In this document: positions 1 to 9,749 of the stretch, piece by piece | How positions within the stretch are numbered: the first letter of the stretch is position 1 | How the letters are laid out: each line of letters opens with the position of its first letter | Origin: an uncultured Alphaproteobacteria bacterium | GTDB taxonomy: Bacteria > Pseudomonadota > Alphaproteobacteria > UBA11222 | DNA length: 64,000 bases | NCBI GenBank assembly: GCA_947258435.1 | Contig: CAMYID010000022.1 | Coordinates: forward strand, 106,961 to 170,960 | Direction: 5' to 3' | Notes under the pieces: generated by a model | Databases searched by the model: none | The model's input: the letters and a program-made list of their open reading frames with translations, nothing else | What the model was told of the DNA's origin: nothing | Program-made: the position numbers and the translations under genes

Positions 1-282
1 ACGGATCGCCGCGGCCGCCGCATTCGCGCGATCGGCACGGCCATCGAGTTGCTGACTGGGGCTGTCATCGACGATCAGCGCCGCAATGTCGGGCAGGATT
101 TCACGCCGCTCACGGACGATCGTGGGATTTGCCAGCACCGCCAGCAGCAACAGGGCGGCCATGCCACGCCACAAGGCACCCGGCAGTTTTCCGGCAATAC
201 AGAGGCCAACCAGCAGCGCGCATAACACCGCCAGCAGCAGCAGCCATTCAGTCCCGATCAGTGGTGCGAACAATATCTTCAC
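1..282 (-). CDS. membrane protein, N-terminal fragment only; the gene runs off the window start
   Basis: Minus-strand frame reads VKILFAPLIGTEWLLLLAVLCALLVGLCIAGKLPGALWRG..., open to position 1. The start is GTG (rc of 280-282) and overlaps the TGA stop of the upstream BatA-like gene as GTGA. Hydrophobic N-terminus. It is the fourth gene of the Bat-like cluster. Confidence 0.35.
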   Translation of the reverse strand, partial: MKILFAPLIGTEWLLLLAVLCALLVGLCIAGKLPGALWRGMAALLLLAVLANPTIVRERREILPDIAALIVDDSPSQQLDGRADRANAAAAAIR

Positions 283-3107
283 TGACCAAGCCTTTCGAGC
301 AATGTCGGCACATGCACCTGATCGGCCTTGTAATTGCCGGTCAGCGCATACATGACGAAATTAACCCCGACCCGGAATGCAAGTTCGCGCTGCCGCGCAC
401 CGCCCGGTTCAAGCGGGAATGCCGGTCGGCCCGAAGCGTCGATGGCCCAGGCAGCGGCCCAATCTGCGCTACCCACGATCAGGCCTGATACCCGTTCGCT
501 GTTCGTATTGTCGCTGCTGTCGGCCGCCGCCGCCTCGATCCACAGCTGCCCGCCGACATAACGGCCCGGAAATCCCTGCAGAAGATAGAAGGATTTGGTA
601 ATCACATGTTCGGCTGGCACAGGCTTGAGTGGCGGCACATCGAGCACCCCCAATATCTGCCGCAGGGTTTGCTGGCCCGGACCTGTTGCCGACCCCGCAT
701 CGCCGCGATATGCGTTGAAGCGGGTAAGCTGGTCGCGCGTATCAAACAGGATCGTTCCACCATTCTTCATATAGCGGTCGATTTTCGCAAGCGCGGCATC
801 GGAAAGCGGCTTCTGCGCGGGAACCATCGGCCAGTAAATCAGCGGATAAAAGACAAGCTGGTCGGTTTCGGGATCAAGCCCGAACGGCGCGGCAGGCGTA
901 AAGGCGGTCCGCGCCGCCAATACCCGGCTCAGGCCGGTCAGTCCCGCCTCACTGCGCGCATCGGTCTCGCGATCGCCTGTCAGCATATAGCCAAGTCTTG
1001 TCTCAAGCGCGGCGGCCAACATGCTATCTGCAGTGTCGGCGCTTTCCGCCGGGGCGGGAGCGGCGACGGCCGGCGGCGCAAAGACCAGCGCCAGCAGGAT
1101 GAAGGCAGCAGCAGCCAGCGATGCCGCACCTTTCCAGCGCGCCAGACCGGGAAAGGGCCTGCGTCCGGTGATGAAAAGAATGCAGATACCGTCAGCCAGC
1201 AGCAATAGGAGAGCCAGAACCAGCAGCGGCGGCAGGAGCGGCACCTCCCGCGACGGACCGTAATCGCGCGCCGCATAATTGGCGGGCAAACCGGTCAGCG
1301 GTTCAAGATCCGTCATGTCGCGCGGCAGGTTGACCGCCTGTCGCGCGGCACTCATGCCGTAATAGCCAGGCGGGGTTTCAGGGCCCGGCAGCAAGGGAGC
1401 CTGATCGGGGCCAACCGGCAACGGCTGCACAATCGGGGCCGGCGCGCCGAGCTGTCCGAACCCGTCAAGCACAAGCAGGGGTGGCAGGAATTCCTGGCCA
1501 TGCCGCTCGCCAGGTATTGTCCCGGCATGGCCAGGCGACATTTCCGCCAGACGCCGCAACATAGCGACATAAAGCCCCGAAAGCGGCAGATTGGACCATT
1601 GCGCATTGGCGGTGACATGGAACAGAACCACCCAGCCCTCGCCACGCCGTTCCGCGGTTACAAGCGGTGTGCCGTCACTCAGGCTGGCCCAGCTGCGGCG
1701 CGACAGTCCCGGTTCGGGCTGTGCCAGAATCTGGCGTCGGATCTTGACCTCTTCGGGCACCGGCAATCCGAAAAACGGGCTATGCTCGGGAAAATCCGCC
1801 ATGCCGACCGGGTTTTCCCATGACAAGGCCCCGCCAAGGGAGCGACCGCCGCGCCTGAGACGCACCGGGATGAGCGCATCGTTTTTTTCGGCCATGCGCG
1901 GCCCCGCAAAGCGCAACAGCACCCCGCCCTTATTGACCCAATTGGCAACCCGGGCCGCATCATCACCCACGATCTGGCCGATATCGGCAAGCACCAGCAT
2001 GGACAGGGAGCCTGACAGCAACGCCGCGATCGAGCCACGCTGCGTTTCGGCAAAAGGTGCCATGGCGCGCTCAAGATAAAACAGTTCATCGAGCAGGGGC
2101 TGCGCCAGCTCAAGATTGGCACCGGAAACAAGCCCCACATGACGCCGCTGCCAGCGATCGTCAAGCAGCCACAGCGATGCCGCAGAACGCGGTGGATAAA
2201 GCTGAATACGGTCCGCACCATTACGAAGCGCGACCGGCATGCTCACAGCGATGTTCAGCTCGGTCTCATCAGCCGCGAACTCTGCCTGCGCCGCAGAAAG
2301 AATCCGCCCGTCCGCCCCAAGCACCTGCAGCGAAACCGGCGCGGCCGCCCCCGGCGCGGCACGCAGCACCGTCACCTCGAAACCTGTTTGTGCGGGTGTC
2401 GGCGCCGCGAGAATGGGGGGATGTTCCGCCGGCCCGTCGGTGTAAAACTGAATCTGTCCCAGGCGTGCAAGCCGCTCCGCCAGCGCCGCCGTTCCGGCCG
2501 CATCGGCGGGTGCCATGAAACCATCGCTCAGCCAGACGATATGGAGCTGGTTTGCCGCAAGCCCGCGCGCCTGCAGATCCGCAAGCCGTTGCGCAGCCGC
2601 CGCCCGGTCGACAGGCCAGGGCCGGGGCGCCAATGCCCGCGCCACCGCAAGCGCATCGCCAGGCGCCATCGACACCAGCGGCTCCGCGGCCACACCCCGC
2701 GCCGTCGGCAAGATGACCACCTGCGCATTCTGCCTTTTTGCCGTATCGATCAACGACGCCATCGTCTGCCGCCGCTTCTCCCAATGCGGTCCGGCCGTCC
2801 AGCCATTATCGACGACAAGCAGCAGCAAGCCGCGGCGATAATCCTCCTGCGCGGCATTAAGCGAAGGCCCCGCCAGCCCGACAATCACACAGCCAACAAG
2901 AACAAGCCGCAGCAAAAACAGCCACCAGGGGGTGCGGTTGGGCGATTCCTCGCTGTTTTGCAGCCCTTGCAGAAATCTGGCGGCAGGAAAGAAAATCCGG
3001 CGCGGCATGGGCGGCGACGCGCGCAGCAACCACCAGATCGCGGGCAGGCCCAGCAGCGCCAGCAAGATAAACGGTTCGGCAAATATGAGCGGGCCGACCT
3101 GCAACAT
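279..3107 (-). CDS. BatA-like large membrane protein (N-terminal double-transmembrane domain, DUF4159-like C-terminal region)
   Basis: ORF 279..3203 with likely start at MLQVGPLIFAEPFILLALLGLPAIWWLLR (3107), overlapping the stop of the DUF58 gene. N-terminal double-TM signature. Positioned downstream of MoxR and DUF58 as in aerotolerance (Bat) operons. Confidence 0.6.
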   Translation of the reverse strand: MLQVGPLIFAEPFILLALLGLPAIWWLLRASPPMPRRIFFPAARFLQGLQNSEESPNRTPWWLFLLRLVLVGCVIVGLAGPSLNAAQEDYRRGLLLLVVDNGWTAGPHWEKRRQTMASLIDTAKRQNAQVVILPTARGVAAEPLVSMAPGDALAVARALAPRPWPVDRAAAAQRLADLQARGLAANQLHIVWLSDGFMAPADAAGTAALAERLARLGQIQFYTDGPAEHPPILAAPTPAQTGFEVTVLRAAPGAAAPVSLQVLGADGRILSAAQAEFAADETELNIAVSMPVALRNGADRIQLYPPRSAASLWLLDDRWQRRHVGLVSGANLELAQPLLDELFYLERAMAPFAETQRGSIAALLSGSLSMLVLADIGQIVGDDAARVANWVNKGGVLLRFAGPRMAEKNDALIPVRLRRGGRSLGGALSWENPVGMADFPEHSPFFGLPVPEEVKIRRQILAQPEPGLSRRSWASLSDGTPLVTAERRGEGWVVLFHVTANAQWSNLPLSGLYVAMLRRLAEMSPGHAGTIPGERHGQEFLPPLLVLDGFGQLGAPAPIVQPLPVGPDQAPLLPGPETPPGYYGMSAARQAVNLPRDMTDLEPLTGLPANYAARDYGPSREVPLLPPLLVLALLLLLADGICILFITGRRPFPGLARWKGAASLAAAAFILLALVFAPPAVAAPAPAESADTADSMLAAALETRLGYMLTGDRETDARSEAGLTGLSRVLAARTAFTPAAPFGLDPETDQLVFYPLIYWPMVPAQKPLSDAALAKIDRYMKNGGTILFDTRDQLTRFNAYRGDAGSATGPGQQTLRQILGVLDVPPLKPVPAEHVITKSFYLLQGFPGRYVGGQLWIEAAAADSSDNTNSERVSGLIVGSADWAAAWAIDASGRPAFPLEPGGARQRELAFRVGVNFVMYALTGNYKADQVHVPTLLERLGQ

Positions 3108-4018
3108 CAGACAGACACCTTCATATCTTCGGCCAGGCAGCGGTAAAGGCCCAGCAACGCCAGTTGCGGCGTCTGATCGGTACGATGAAAGGTGAGCCGC
3201 CAACCCGCATCCTGGCAGATCGTCTGCAAACCGGCACGATGGCTGTCGAGTTTTTCGCGGTAACCCAACCGCACCGACTGGGCGCGCCCGAAGGCGATAT
3301 CATCGGCTGCCGAACCGTCATGAAACACAACCCGGCCGGTAAAAGGAAAATCTTCCTCCGCCGGATCGAGAATCTGCATCAGATAACCCTGTACCCCCTG
3401 ATCCGCATAATAGCGAATCAAGGTTGCAATCTGTTCAAGCGGCGCCAGAAAATCCCCAAACAGCAATAGTTTGCTGTGCCTTGCGAGCGGTCGCGACGGT
3501 GGCGTGGCACCGGCATCAGCAGACATCAAGCGGTCCGCCAACGCTTCGGCAAAACGACTGAATCCGGATTGACCCGCGCGCGGCGGCCCCTCCGCCCCAA
3601 GCAGCCCGACCCGTTCGCCTGCCCCCATCAGCAGTCCCGCGACCGACAGGCATAGCAGCAAAGCCCGGTCTGCCTTGCTGGCGCCGGCAAATTGCGACCG
3701 ATAACCCATACCAGGCCCCAGATCGCACCAGCACCAGAGGGTTTCTGCCGCCTCCCACTCCGTCTCGCGCACGAATAAATGGCTGTTTCTGGCTGATTGC
3801 CGCCAATCGATCGCCCGTGTCGAATCGCCTGGCCCATAACGGCGGAACTGCCAGAACGCCTCACCAAGCCCGACCCGGCGACGGCCATGCGCGCCGTGGG
3901 CAACCGTGTTGGCAACCCGGTCCGCTTTCACCATCCAGGGCGGTAATGCGGCACACAAGGCCTCCGCCTGCGCCCGCAGGCTGGCAATCCGGGCGAGCTG
4001 GGCGGCGGCGGCGGGCAC
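3107..4018 (-). CDS. DUF58 domain protein (MoxR partner)
   Basis: 303 aa ORF. Typical DUF58 region GLGEAFWQFRRYGPGDSTRAIDWRQSAR. Sits between the MoxR ATPase and the BatA-like gene. Confidence 0.8.
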   Translation of the reverse strand: MPAAAAQLARIASLRAQAEALCAALPPWMVKADRVANTVAHGAHGRRRVGLGEAFWQFRRYGPGDSTRAIDWRQSARNSHLFVRETEWEAAETLWCWCDLGPGMGYRSQFAGASKADRALLLCLSVAGLLMGAGERVGLLGAEGPPRAGQSGFSRFAEALADRLMSADAGATPPSRPLARHSKLLLFGDFLAPLEQIATLIRYYADQGVQGYLMQILDPAEEDFPFTGRVVFHDGSAADDIAFGRAQSVRLGYREKLDSHRAGLQTICQDAGWRLTFHRTDQTPQLALLGLYRCLAEDMKVSV

Positions 4019-4024
4019 CGCGCC

Positions 4025-5035
4025 TCAACCTAACCGTTCGATCAGCCGGTCGATCACATCCTTGACGCCAATGCCATCCGCCCGGGCCGTGAAATTCAGC
4101 GCCATCCGGTGGCGCAAGATCGGCCCCGCCAGCGCAATCACATCATCAAGCGAGGGACTGACCCGACCATCAAGCAGCGCCCGCGCACGCACCGCCAGTG
4201 CCAGCGCCTGCGAGGCGCGCGGCCCCGGCCCCCATGCAACATGCGCCCTGATATCGGGTGCGGCCGCCGCTTCGGGCCGCGCCGCACGTACCAGATCGAG
4301 AATCGCATCAAGCACCGATTCGCCCACTGGTAATTGCCGCACCAGATGCTGCGCCGCGCGCAGATCCCCGTCCGTCATCACCTGTTGCGCCGTCATTTCC
4401 TGAACGCCCGTGGTGGCAAGCAGCATGCGCCGTTCGGCGGCGGCATCGGGATAATCGACATCGATCTGCAGCAGAAACCGGTCAAGCTGCGCCTCGGGCA
4501 GCGGATAGGTGCCTTCCTGCTCCAGCGGATTCTGCGTCGCCAGCACATGAAAGGGCTGCGGCAGATCGTAATGCTGGCCCGCGACCGTCACCTGATGTTC
4601 CTGCATCGCCTGCAGCAGTGCCGACTGCGTGCGCGGACTGGCGCGATTGATCTCATCGGCCATCAAAAGCTGACAGAAGACAGGCCCGTGAATGAAACGA
4701 AAACTGCGCCGGCCCTCTTCGGTTTCCTCAAGCACCTCGGAACCCAGAATATCAGCAGGCATCAGATCGGGGGTGAACTGCACCCGCGCATCCTGCAGGC
4801 CGATCACCCCGCCCAGCGTCTCCACAAGCCGGGTCTTGGCAAGCCCGGGCACACCCACAAGCAGGGCATGCCCCCCCGACAACAGGGTAACAAGCGTCTG
4901 GTCGACCACGGCCTGCTGACCGAAGATCACCTCTCCCACCGCGCTGCGCGCGGCAATGATCTTTTCCCCAAGACGATCGATCTCGGCGGTCAGTTCCATA
5001 GAATTGGTCGGGTTAGATTCACTGACATGTCGCAT
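4025..5035 (-). CDS. MoxR-family AAA+ ATPase
   Basis: 336 aa. Walker A LLVGVPGLAKT, Walker B LLMADEINRASPRTQSALLQAMQE, and the YPLPEAQLDRF motif. Confidence 0.9.
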   Translation of the reverse strand: MRHVSESNPTNSMELTAEIDRLGEKIIAARSAVGEVIFGQQAVVDQTLVTLLSGGHALLVGVPGLAKTRLVETLGGVIGLQDARVQFTPDLMPADILGSEVLEETEEGRRSFRFIHGPVFCQLLMADEINRASPRTQSALLQAMQEHQVTVAGQHYDLPQPFHVLATQNPLEQEGTYPLPEAQLDRFLLQIDVDYPDAAAERRMLLATTGVQEMTAQQVMTDGDLRAAQHLVRQLPVGESVLDAILDLVRAARPEAAAAPDIRAHVAWGPGPRASQALALAVRARALLDGRVSPSLDDVIALAGPILRHRMALNFTARADGIGVKDVIDRLIERLG

Positions 5036-5162
5036 TTGACTTACTATATCCTAGGCAGCGGCAGGCGCGATCAAAAAAAATCCGATACTGCGCAGGTCAG
5101 TATTACCATATTTGCCGCCCCTGAATGCTTCGGCTAACCTATGAAGAAAACAAGACAGGCGC

Positions 5163-5756
5163 ATGACGACTCCAACTGACAATCGCCTTAAATCCATCGA
5201 ACGGCAGATCTGGGCCCGCGACAAGCGGGCGCCGGCACCGGTCGAACAATGGGACCCCGAGTTCCGGGGCGACATCGACATGCGTATCGCCCGCGACGGC
5301 AGCTGGCATTATCAGGGCAGCCCGATCGACCGCATTGGCATGGTGCAGCTTTTCGCAACGGTGCTGCGCCGCGACGAGGACGGGAAATTCTACCTTGTCA
5401 CGCCGGTGGAAAAACTGGGCATCGCCGTTGATGATGCACCCTTTGTCGCCGTTGAGATGCAGGTTGAGGGGGAAGGGCCGTCCCAGCAGCTGCGCTTCCG
5501 CACCAATCTCGATGACTGGGTCGATGCGGGTCCCGACCACCCCTTGCGCATCGCGGTCGATCCGGAGAGCGGGGAACCCTCCCCTTATGTGCATGTCAGG
5601 GGAAAGCTTGAAGCCTTGATCGCCAGACCTGTATTCTATGATCTTGTGGCATTATGCAGCGACCATGAAGAAGGTGGGAAGTCGCGGTTCGGCACCTGGA
5701 GCGGCGGACAGTTTTTCACATTCTCCGATTCGGCCGATGTCAGGGGAGACATGTGA
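5163..5756 (+). CDS. DUF1285 family protein
   Basis: 197 aa. Conserved partner immediately upstream of CoA pyrophosphatase in alphaproteobacteria. Stop TGA at 5754-5756. Confidence 0.65.
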   Translation: MTTPTDNRLKSIERQIWARDKRAPAPVEQWDPEFRGDIDMRIARDGSWHYQGSPIDRIGMVQLFATVLRRDEDGKFYLVTPVEKLGIAVDDAPFVAVEMQVEGEGPSQQLRFRTNLDDWVDAGPDHPLRIAVDPESGEPSPYVHVRGKLEALIARPVFYDLVALCSDHEEGGKSRFGTWSGGQFFTFSDSADVRGDM

Positions 5757-5760
5757 TCCG

Positions 5761-6372
5761 ATGCGCAATCTGATACGCGAAAAACTGCGCGGCACCTTGC
5801 CGGTCGGTCCGGCAGACGGGGCGATGAACGGGGATTTCGCGCTCAATCCGGAAGATAATTTCTTCGCCGACATCGGCAGTTTCCGGCCCGCCGCCGTGCT
5901 TGTACCGATCATCACCCATGCCGATGAGATGACCGTGCTGCTGACCCGGCGACCCGATTATATGAACAAGCATGCCGGTCAGATCGCCTTTCCCGGCGGC
6001 GGCATGGATGCGGCGGACAAGAACCCGGTCGCCGCCGCATTGCGCGAGGCGGAAGAAGAGGTTGGCCTAGACCCCGAAACGGTTGAAATCGTCGGCCGGC
6101 TTGACCCCTACCGCACCGGCACAGGCTATCAGATCATTCCGATCGTGGGCTTTGTGACACCCGAATTCGAACCGCAGCGCTGCGAGATCGAGGTAGCGGA
6201 AATCTTCGAGGTCCCGTTTTCTTTTTTAATGGATCCGGTTAATCATCAGCGCCATCAAGGGGAGTGGCGCGGCAGAAAGCGTGAATATTACGCCGTCCCC
6301 TATGAAGATTATTATATTTGGGGGGCAACAGCGGGCATGCTTGTAAATCTGTCAAAAAGATTGGCCGACTGA
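5761..6372 (+). CDS. nudL: CoA pyrophosphatase (NUDIX hydrolase)
   Basis: Nudix box GGGMDAADKNPVAAALREAEEEVGL. I chose the in-frame ATG at 5761 (MRNLIREK) rather than the track start 5638, which would overlap the DUF1285 gene. Confidence 0.8.
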   Translation: MRNLIREKLRGTLPVGPADGAMNGDFALNPEDNFFADIGSFRPAAVLVPIITHADEMTVLLTRRPDYMNKHAGQIAFPGGGMDAADKNPVAAALREAEEEVGLDPETVEIVGRLDPYRTGTGYQIIPIVGFVTPEFEPQRCEIEVAEIFEVPFSFLMDPVNHQRHQGEWRGRKREYYAVPYEDYYIWGATAGMLVNLSKRLAD

Positions 6373-6638
6373 TGGCGCGGGTTTTTCTGATTGAGGCGTT
6401 TTTATTCCTGCTGCCGCTGATCCTTTACGGCGGCTATCTGTATCTTATCAAACGCAAACAGGACCGCGAGGGCGCGCGCTGGAAGAATGCGCCTTATCTG
6501 TGGCTGATACTGGGCGGCTTTGGCTTCATGGCGGCTGGCATGCTCGCTATGGCGTATCTGAGCGGAGAGGATCCGGCGGGAGCCTACGTGCCCGCGCATA
6601 TGGAAAATGGCCGCATCGTACCTGGCGAGGTGAAGTAA
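6372..6638 (+). CDS. small membrane protein (two predicted TM helices)
   Basis: MARVFLIEAFLFLLPLILYGGYLYLIKRK...WLILGGFGFMAAGMLAMAY. ATG overlaps the nudL stop as TGATG. Confidence 0.5.
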   Translation: MARVFLIEAFLFLLPLILYGGYLYLIKRKQDREGARWKNAPYLWLILGGFGFMAAGMLAMAYLSGEDPAGAYVPAHMENGRIVPGEVK

Positions 6639-6639
6639 G

Positions 6640-7935
6640 GTGGCGGGACCGGAAGATATCACCGGCGCATCGCTGCCTGAAAAGCTGCCCGCTACGGGCT
6701 GGCTTGTGGAACCGGAAGTCCGGCAGGTAATGGAGGCATTGCTGGCCGGACCCGATGTGGCGGCACGCTTTGTCGGCGGCTGCGTTCGCGATGTCATCCG
6801 CGGGCGGCATTATTATGACGGCAAACCCGATGTCGATGTGGCGACCACCGCGGAACCTGAAACTGTCATTGCGCTGCTGAAGCAGGCCGGCCTCAAGGCG
6901 GTGCCCACCGGTATCGATCACGGCACGGTCACCGCTGTTGCCAACCACCGCCCGGTCGAGGTGACAACCTTGCGTTGCGATGTGGCGACCGACGGTCGGC
7001 ACGCCGAAATCGCCTATACCCGCGACTGGGTGGCGGATGCGCAACGGCGTGATCTGACGATGAATGCAATCTATGCCGAACAAGACGGCACGCTTTACGA
7101 TCCGCTTGGCACAGGGATCGCCGATGCAGTCAGCGGCACGGTCCGCTTCGTCGGTGATCCCGATACCCGGATCAGGGAAGACTATCTGCGCATTTTGCGT
7201 TTTTTCCGCTTTTTTGCCCATTGCGGCACAGGCGAGATGAACAAGGAAGGGCTTGCCGCCTGCGCGCGCAATATTGCGGGTATCGCGCAGCTTTCGGTCG
7301 AGAGGATTGCGACCGAGCTGCTTAAACTTGTCGCTGCCGAAGACCCGGTTCCGGCGTTGCGGCAGATGGCGGCAACCGGCGTGCTGAACGCGGTTTTGCC
7401 CGAAGCGCGCAATATTGACCGGTTGCAGGCGCTGTGTGCGATTGATGCGGATAATTTTTTCACCCCCGATCCGCTGCTCAGGCTCGGTGCCCTGCTGCCC
7501 GACGATGCCGGACAGGCGGAAGCGCTGGCCAGGCGTCTGCGGCTGTCCAATGCGCAGCGGGCACGGCTTGTGGCCATGCTTGGCGCCGACGAGAAGATCT
7601 TCTGCTACATGTCGGTGCGCGAAACCCGCCGCGCGGCCTATCGGCTGAGCCCGGCTGTGATGCGCGATGTGGCGATGCTGCGCTGGGCGGAAGACCCCAG
7701 ACGCGACGGCAATATGGTGCAATGGCGCGCCCTGTTGCCGATGATCGATTCCTGGCAACCGCCGACGCTGCCGCTCAGCGGTGAACAGGTCAAACTGGCC
7801 GGGGTGCCTGAAGGCCCCGAAATCGGCCGGGTGCTGGCGGAGGTTGAAGCCTGGTGGATCGATGCGGATTTCACTCAGGATGAATATGCGCTGCTTGAAC
7901 GGCTGAAGGCGGTTGTGCAGGCGACGGTGCTGTAG
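6640..7935 (+). CDS. cca: CCA tRNA nucleotidyltransferase (poly(A) polymerase family)
   Basis: 431 aa. GGCVRDVIRG head-domain motif. GTG start at 6640 just after the upstream TAA stop. Confidence 0.8.
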   Translation: MAGPEDITGASLPEKLPATGWLVEPEVRQVMEALLAGPDVAARFVGGCVRDVIRGRHYYDGKPDVDVATTAEPETVIALLKQAGLKAVPTGIDHGTVTAVANHRPVEVTTLRCDVATDGRHAEIAYTRDWVADAQRRDLTMNAIYAEQDGTLYDPLGTGIADAVSGTVRFVGDPDTRIREDYLRILRFFRFFAHCGTGEMNKEGLAACARNIAGIAQLSVERIATELLKLVAAEDPVPALRQMAATGVLNAVLPEARNIDRLQALCAIDADNFFTPDPLLRLGALLPDDAGQAEALARRLRLSNAQRARLVAMLGADEKIFCYMSVRETRRAAYRLSPAVMRDVAMLRWAEDPRRDGNMVQWRALLPMIDSWQPPTLPLSGEQVKLAGVPEGPEIGRVLAEVEAWWIDADFTQDEYALLERLKAVVQATVL

Positions 7936-7967
7936 CGCTGCATATTACGGCCGCGGGCAACGGGCCG

Positions 7968-8960
7968 CTATTCCTGCGCGCGCGGATGCGCCGCTTGATA
8001 GACCGCCCGCAACCGCTCTGTATCGACCTCTGTATAACGCTGCGTCGTTGACAGGCTGGCATGACCAAGCAATTCCTGAATCGTGCGCAGATCGCCCCCC
8101 GCACCCAGCAGATGCGTCGCAAAACTGTGCCGCAGCGCATGCGGTGTCGCGCTTTCGGGCAGACCGAGCGCGCCGCGCAGCCGCGCCATGGCGAGCTGCA
8201 CCATGCGCGGATTAAGCCGTTTGCCCCGCACCCCGACGAATAACGGACCGTCCGATATGTTCTTGCCATAAGGGCACAAGGCGGTATAGGCGGCGATCGC
8301 CTCACGCACCGCAGGCAGCACCGGCACCTGCCGCATCCGGCCGCCCTTGCCCGAAATTATCAGGCTGTCGGACAAGGGCAGCACGGAACGTTGAAGCCCA
8401 AGCGCTTCGGAAATCCGCAATCCGCAGCCATAGATCAATGTCAGCACCGCACAGTCACGCGCCGCCACCCAGGGCTGTTCAGCCAGTGTCCCGACCTGCG
8501 ACACCGCGGCAAGCGCGGCGTCAGGGGCAAGCGGCTTGGGCACCGCATGCGGCAGTTTAGGCCCCTGCAACATGGCGATGGCCCTATTTTCAGCCTGCCC
8601 CGTCTTGTGCAGATAGCGAAAGAAACCGCGCACCGCCGCAAGCCCCCGCGCCAGCGAGCTTGACTGGCTGCCGGCTGTGCGGCGCTGCGCAAGCCAGGCT
8701 CTGAAATCAGCGATTTCAAGCGACTGCAAGGCGGCAAGCCCGACCGGCCCGCCCAGATGCTCCCCCAGAAAATGTACAAAGGCCCCGACATCGCGGGCAT
8801 AGGCGCTTATGGTATGATCGCTGAGCCGCCGTACATCGCGCAATTCGCGGAACCAGTCCAGCCAGCCAGCCGCGGCATCGGGTGCGAAAGCCACCGGCGG
8901 CAGCGGCAGATCGGGCGGTGCCGGCTGATCGCCTGTTTCTGGTTCCGCCGCCCGCCTCAT
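7968..8960 (-). CDS. tyrosine site-specific recombinase, XerC/XerD family
   Basis: C-terminal catalytic region HALRHSFATHLLGAGGDLRTIQELLGHASLSTTQRYTEVD. Housekeeping context between cca and tal/priA, not a phage integrase context. Confidence 0.8.
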   Translation of the reverse strand: MRRAAEPETGDQPAPPDLPLPPVAFAPDAAAGWLDWFRELRDVRRLSDHTISAYARDVGAFVHFLGEHLGGPVGLAALQSLEIADFRAWLAQRRTAGSQSSSLARGLAAVRGFFRYLHKTGQAENRAIAMLQGPKLPHAVPKPLAPDAALAAVSQVGTLAEQPWVAARDCAVLTLIYGCGLRISEALGLQRSVLPLSDSLIISGKGGRMRQVPVLPAVREAIAAYTALCPYGKNISDGPLFVGVRGKRLNPRMVQLAMARLRGALGLPESATPHALRHSFATHLLGAGGDLRTIQELLGHASLSTTQRYTEVDTERLRAVYQAAHPRAQE

Positions 8961-8964
8961 TGCC

Positions 8965-9627
8965 TTAGCCCTTCAGAATTTTCTGTCCGGTCTTTTCCCA
9001 ATCCGCCAGAAAGGCCTCAAGCCCCGCATCGGTCAGCGGATGGCGGATAAGCTGGCGCAGCACATTGGGCGGAAGGGTCGAGATATCGGCCCCGATCCGC
9101 GCCGCCTCAAGCAGATGCGCCACATGCCGCACGGAGGCGACCAGAATTTCAGTCTTAAAGGCGGGATAGTGATCGTAAACCTGCTTGATATCGGCGATCA
9201 GCTCCATCCCGGTCTGGCCGATATCGTCAAGCCGTCCCACGAAAGGCGAAATGAATGTCGCCCCGGCCTTGGCGGCCAGAATCGCCTGATTGACCGAGAA
9301 ACACAGGGTCACATTGACCATTGTTCCCTCATCTGCCAGCCGGCGGCACGCTTTCAGCCCCTCCCATGTGGTCGGCACCTTGATCGCGATATTGTCTGCC
9401 ACCGCGCGCAGCTTTTCCGCTTCGCGCAGCATGCCGTCCGTATCGGTGGCCGTTACCTCGGCGCTGACCGGCCCGGCGACAAGATCGCAGATTTCCTGCA
9501 ATGCCTCGAAAAAATCGCGCCCCGCCTTTGCGACAAGCGAGGGGTTCGTGGTGACGCCATCGACCATGCCCGTCGCCGCAAGGTCGCGAATCTCTTCAAG
9601 ATCCGCCGTATCGACAAAAAATTTCAT
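8965..9627 (-). CDS. tal: short-form transaldolase / fructose-6-phosphate aldolase family
   Basis: Start at [20 protein letters not shown] motif. About 220 aa, typical of TalC/Fsa-type enzymes. Confidence 0.8.
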   Translation of the reverse strand: MKFFVDTADLEEIRDLAATGMVDGVTTNPSLVAKAGRDFFEALQEICDLVAGPVSAEVTATDTDGMLREAEKLRAVADNIAIKVPTTWEGLKACRRLADEGTMVNVTLCFSVNQAILAAKAGATFISPFVGRLDDIGQTGMELIADIKQVYDHYPAFKTEILVASVRHVAHLLEAARIGADISTLPPNVLRQLIRHPLTDAGLEAFLADWEKTGQKILKG

Positions 9628-9749
9628 CTCGATTCTGTTCCTGAACTCTGTTCCGCCTGTTGCGCCCACCGCATCGCCGGGGGAAACGGCGCTGCGATTT
9701 ACTTGTTCCCGGCTTGTTCACACCCGCCAAGGCTGCGAGAGTGTAGCCC

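Noticed and set aside
2139-3146. Long Arg-rich ORFs antisense to real genes (for example 2139..3146 +, 10605..11588 -, 12671..14227 -, 25616..26761 +, 51050..52081 -, 52204..53274 -)
   Set aside because: These are typical GC-rich antisense artefacts. The compositions are Arg/Pro/Gly-biased with no domain motifs, and each lies fully inside a strongly supported gene on the other strand.
5638-5760. Track start 5638 for the NUDIX CoA pyrophosphatase, overlapping DUF1285 by 120 nt
   Set aside because: The in-frame ATG at 5761 directly follows the DUF1285 stop and gives a normal-length NudL, so the upstream extension is unlikely. Similar trims were applied to obg, proA, rplU, lolA-like, usp, fnr, the HIT gene, the Nav channel (TTG at 53153) and others.
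7968-8960. The tyrosine recombinase considered as a marker of an integrated mobile element
   Set aside because: It is flanked by core housekeeping genes (cca, tal, priA) with no att-like repeats, tRNA target or phage genes. It is most consistent with chromosomal XerC/XerD.
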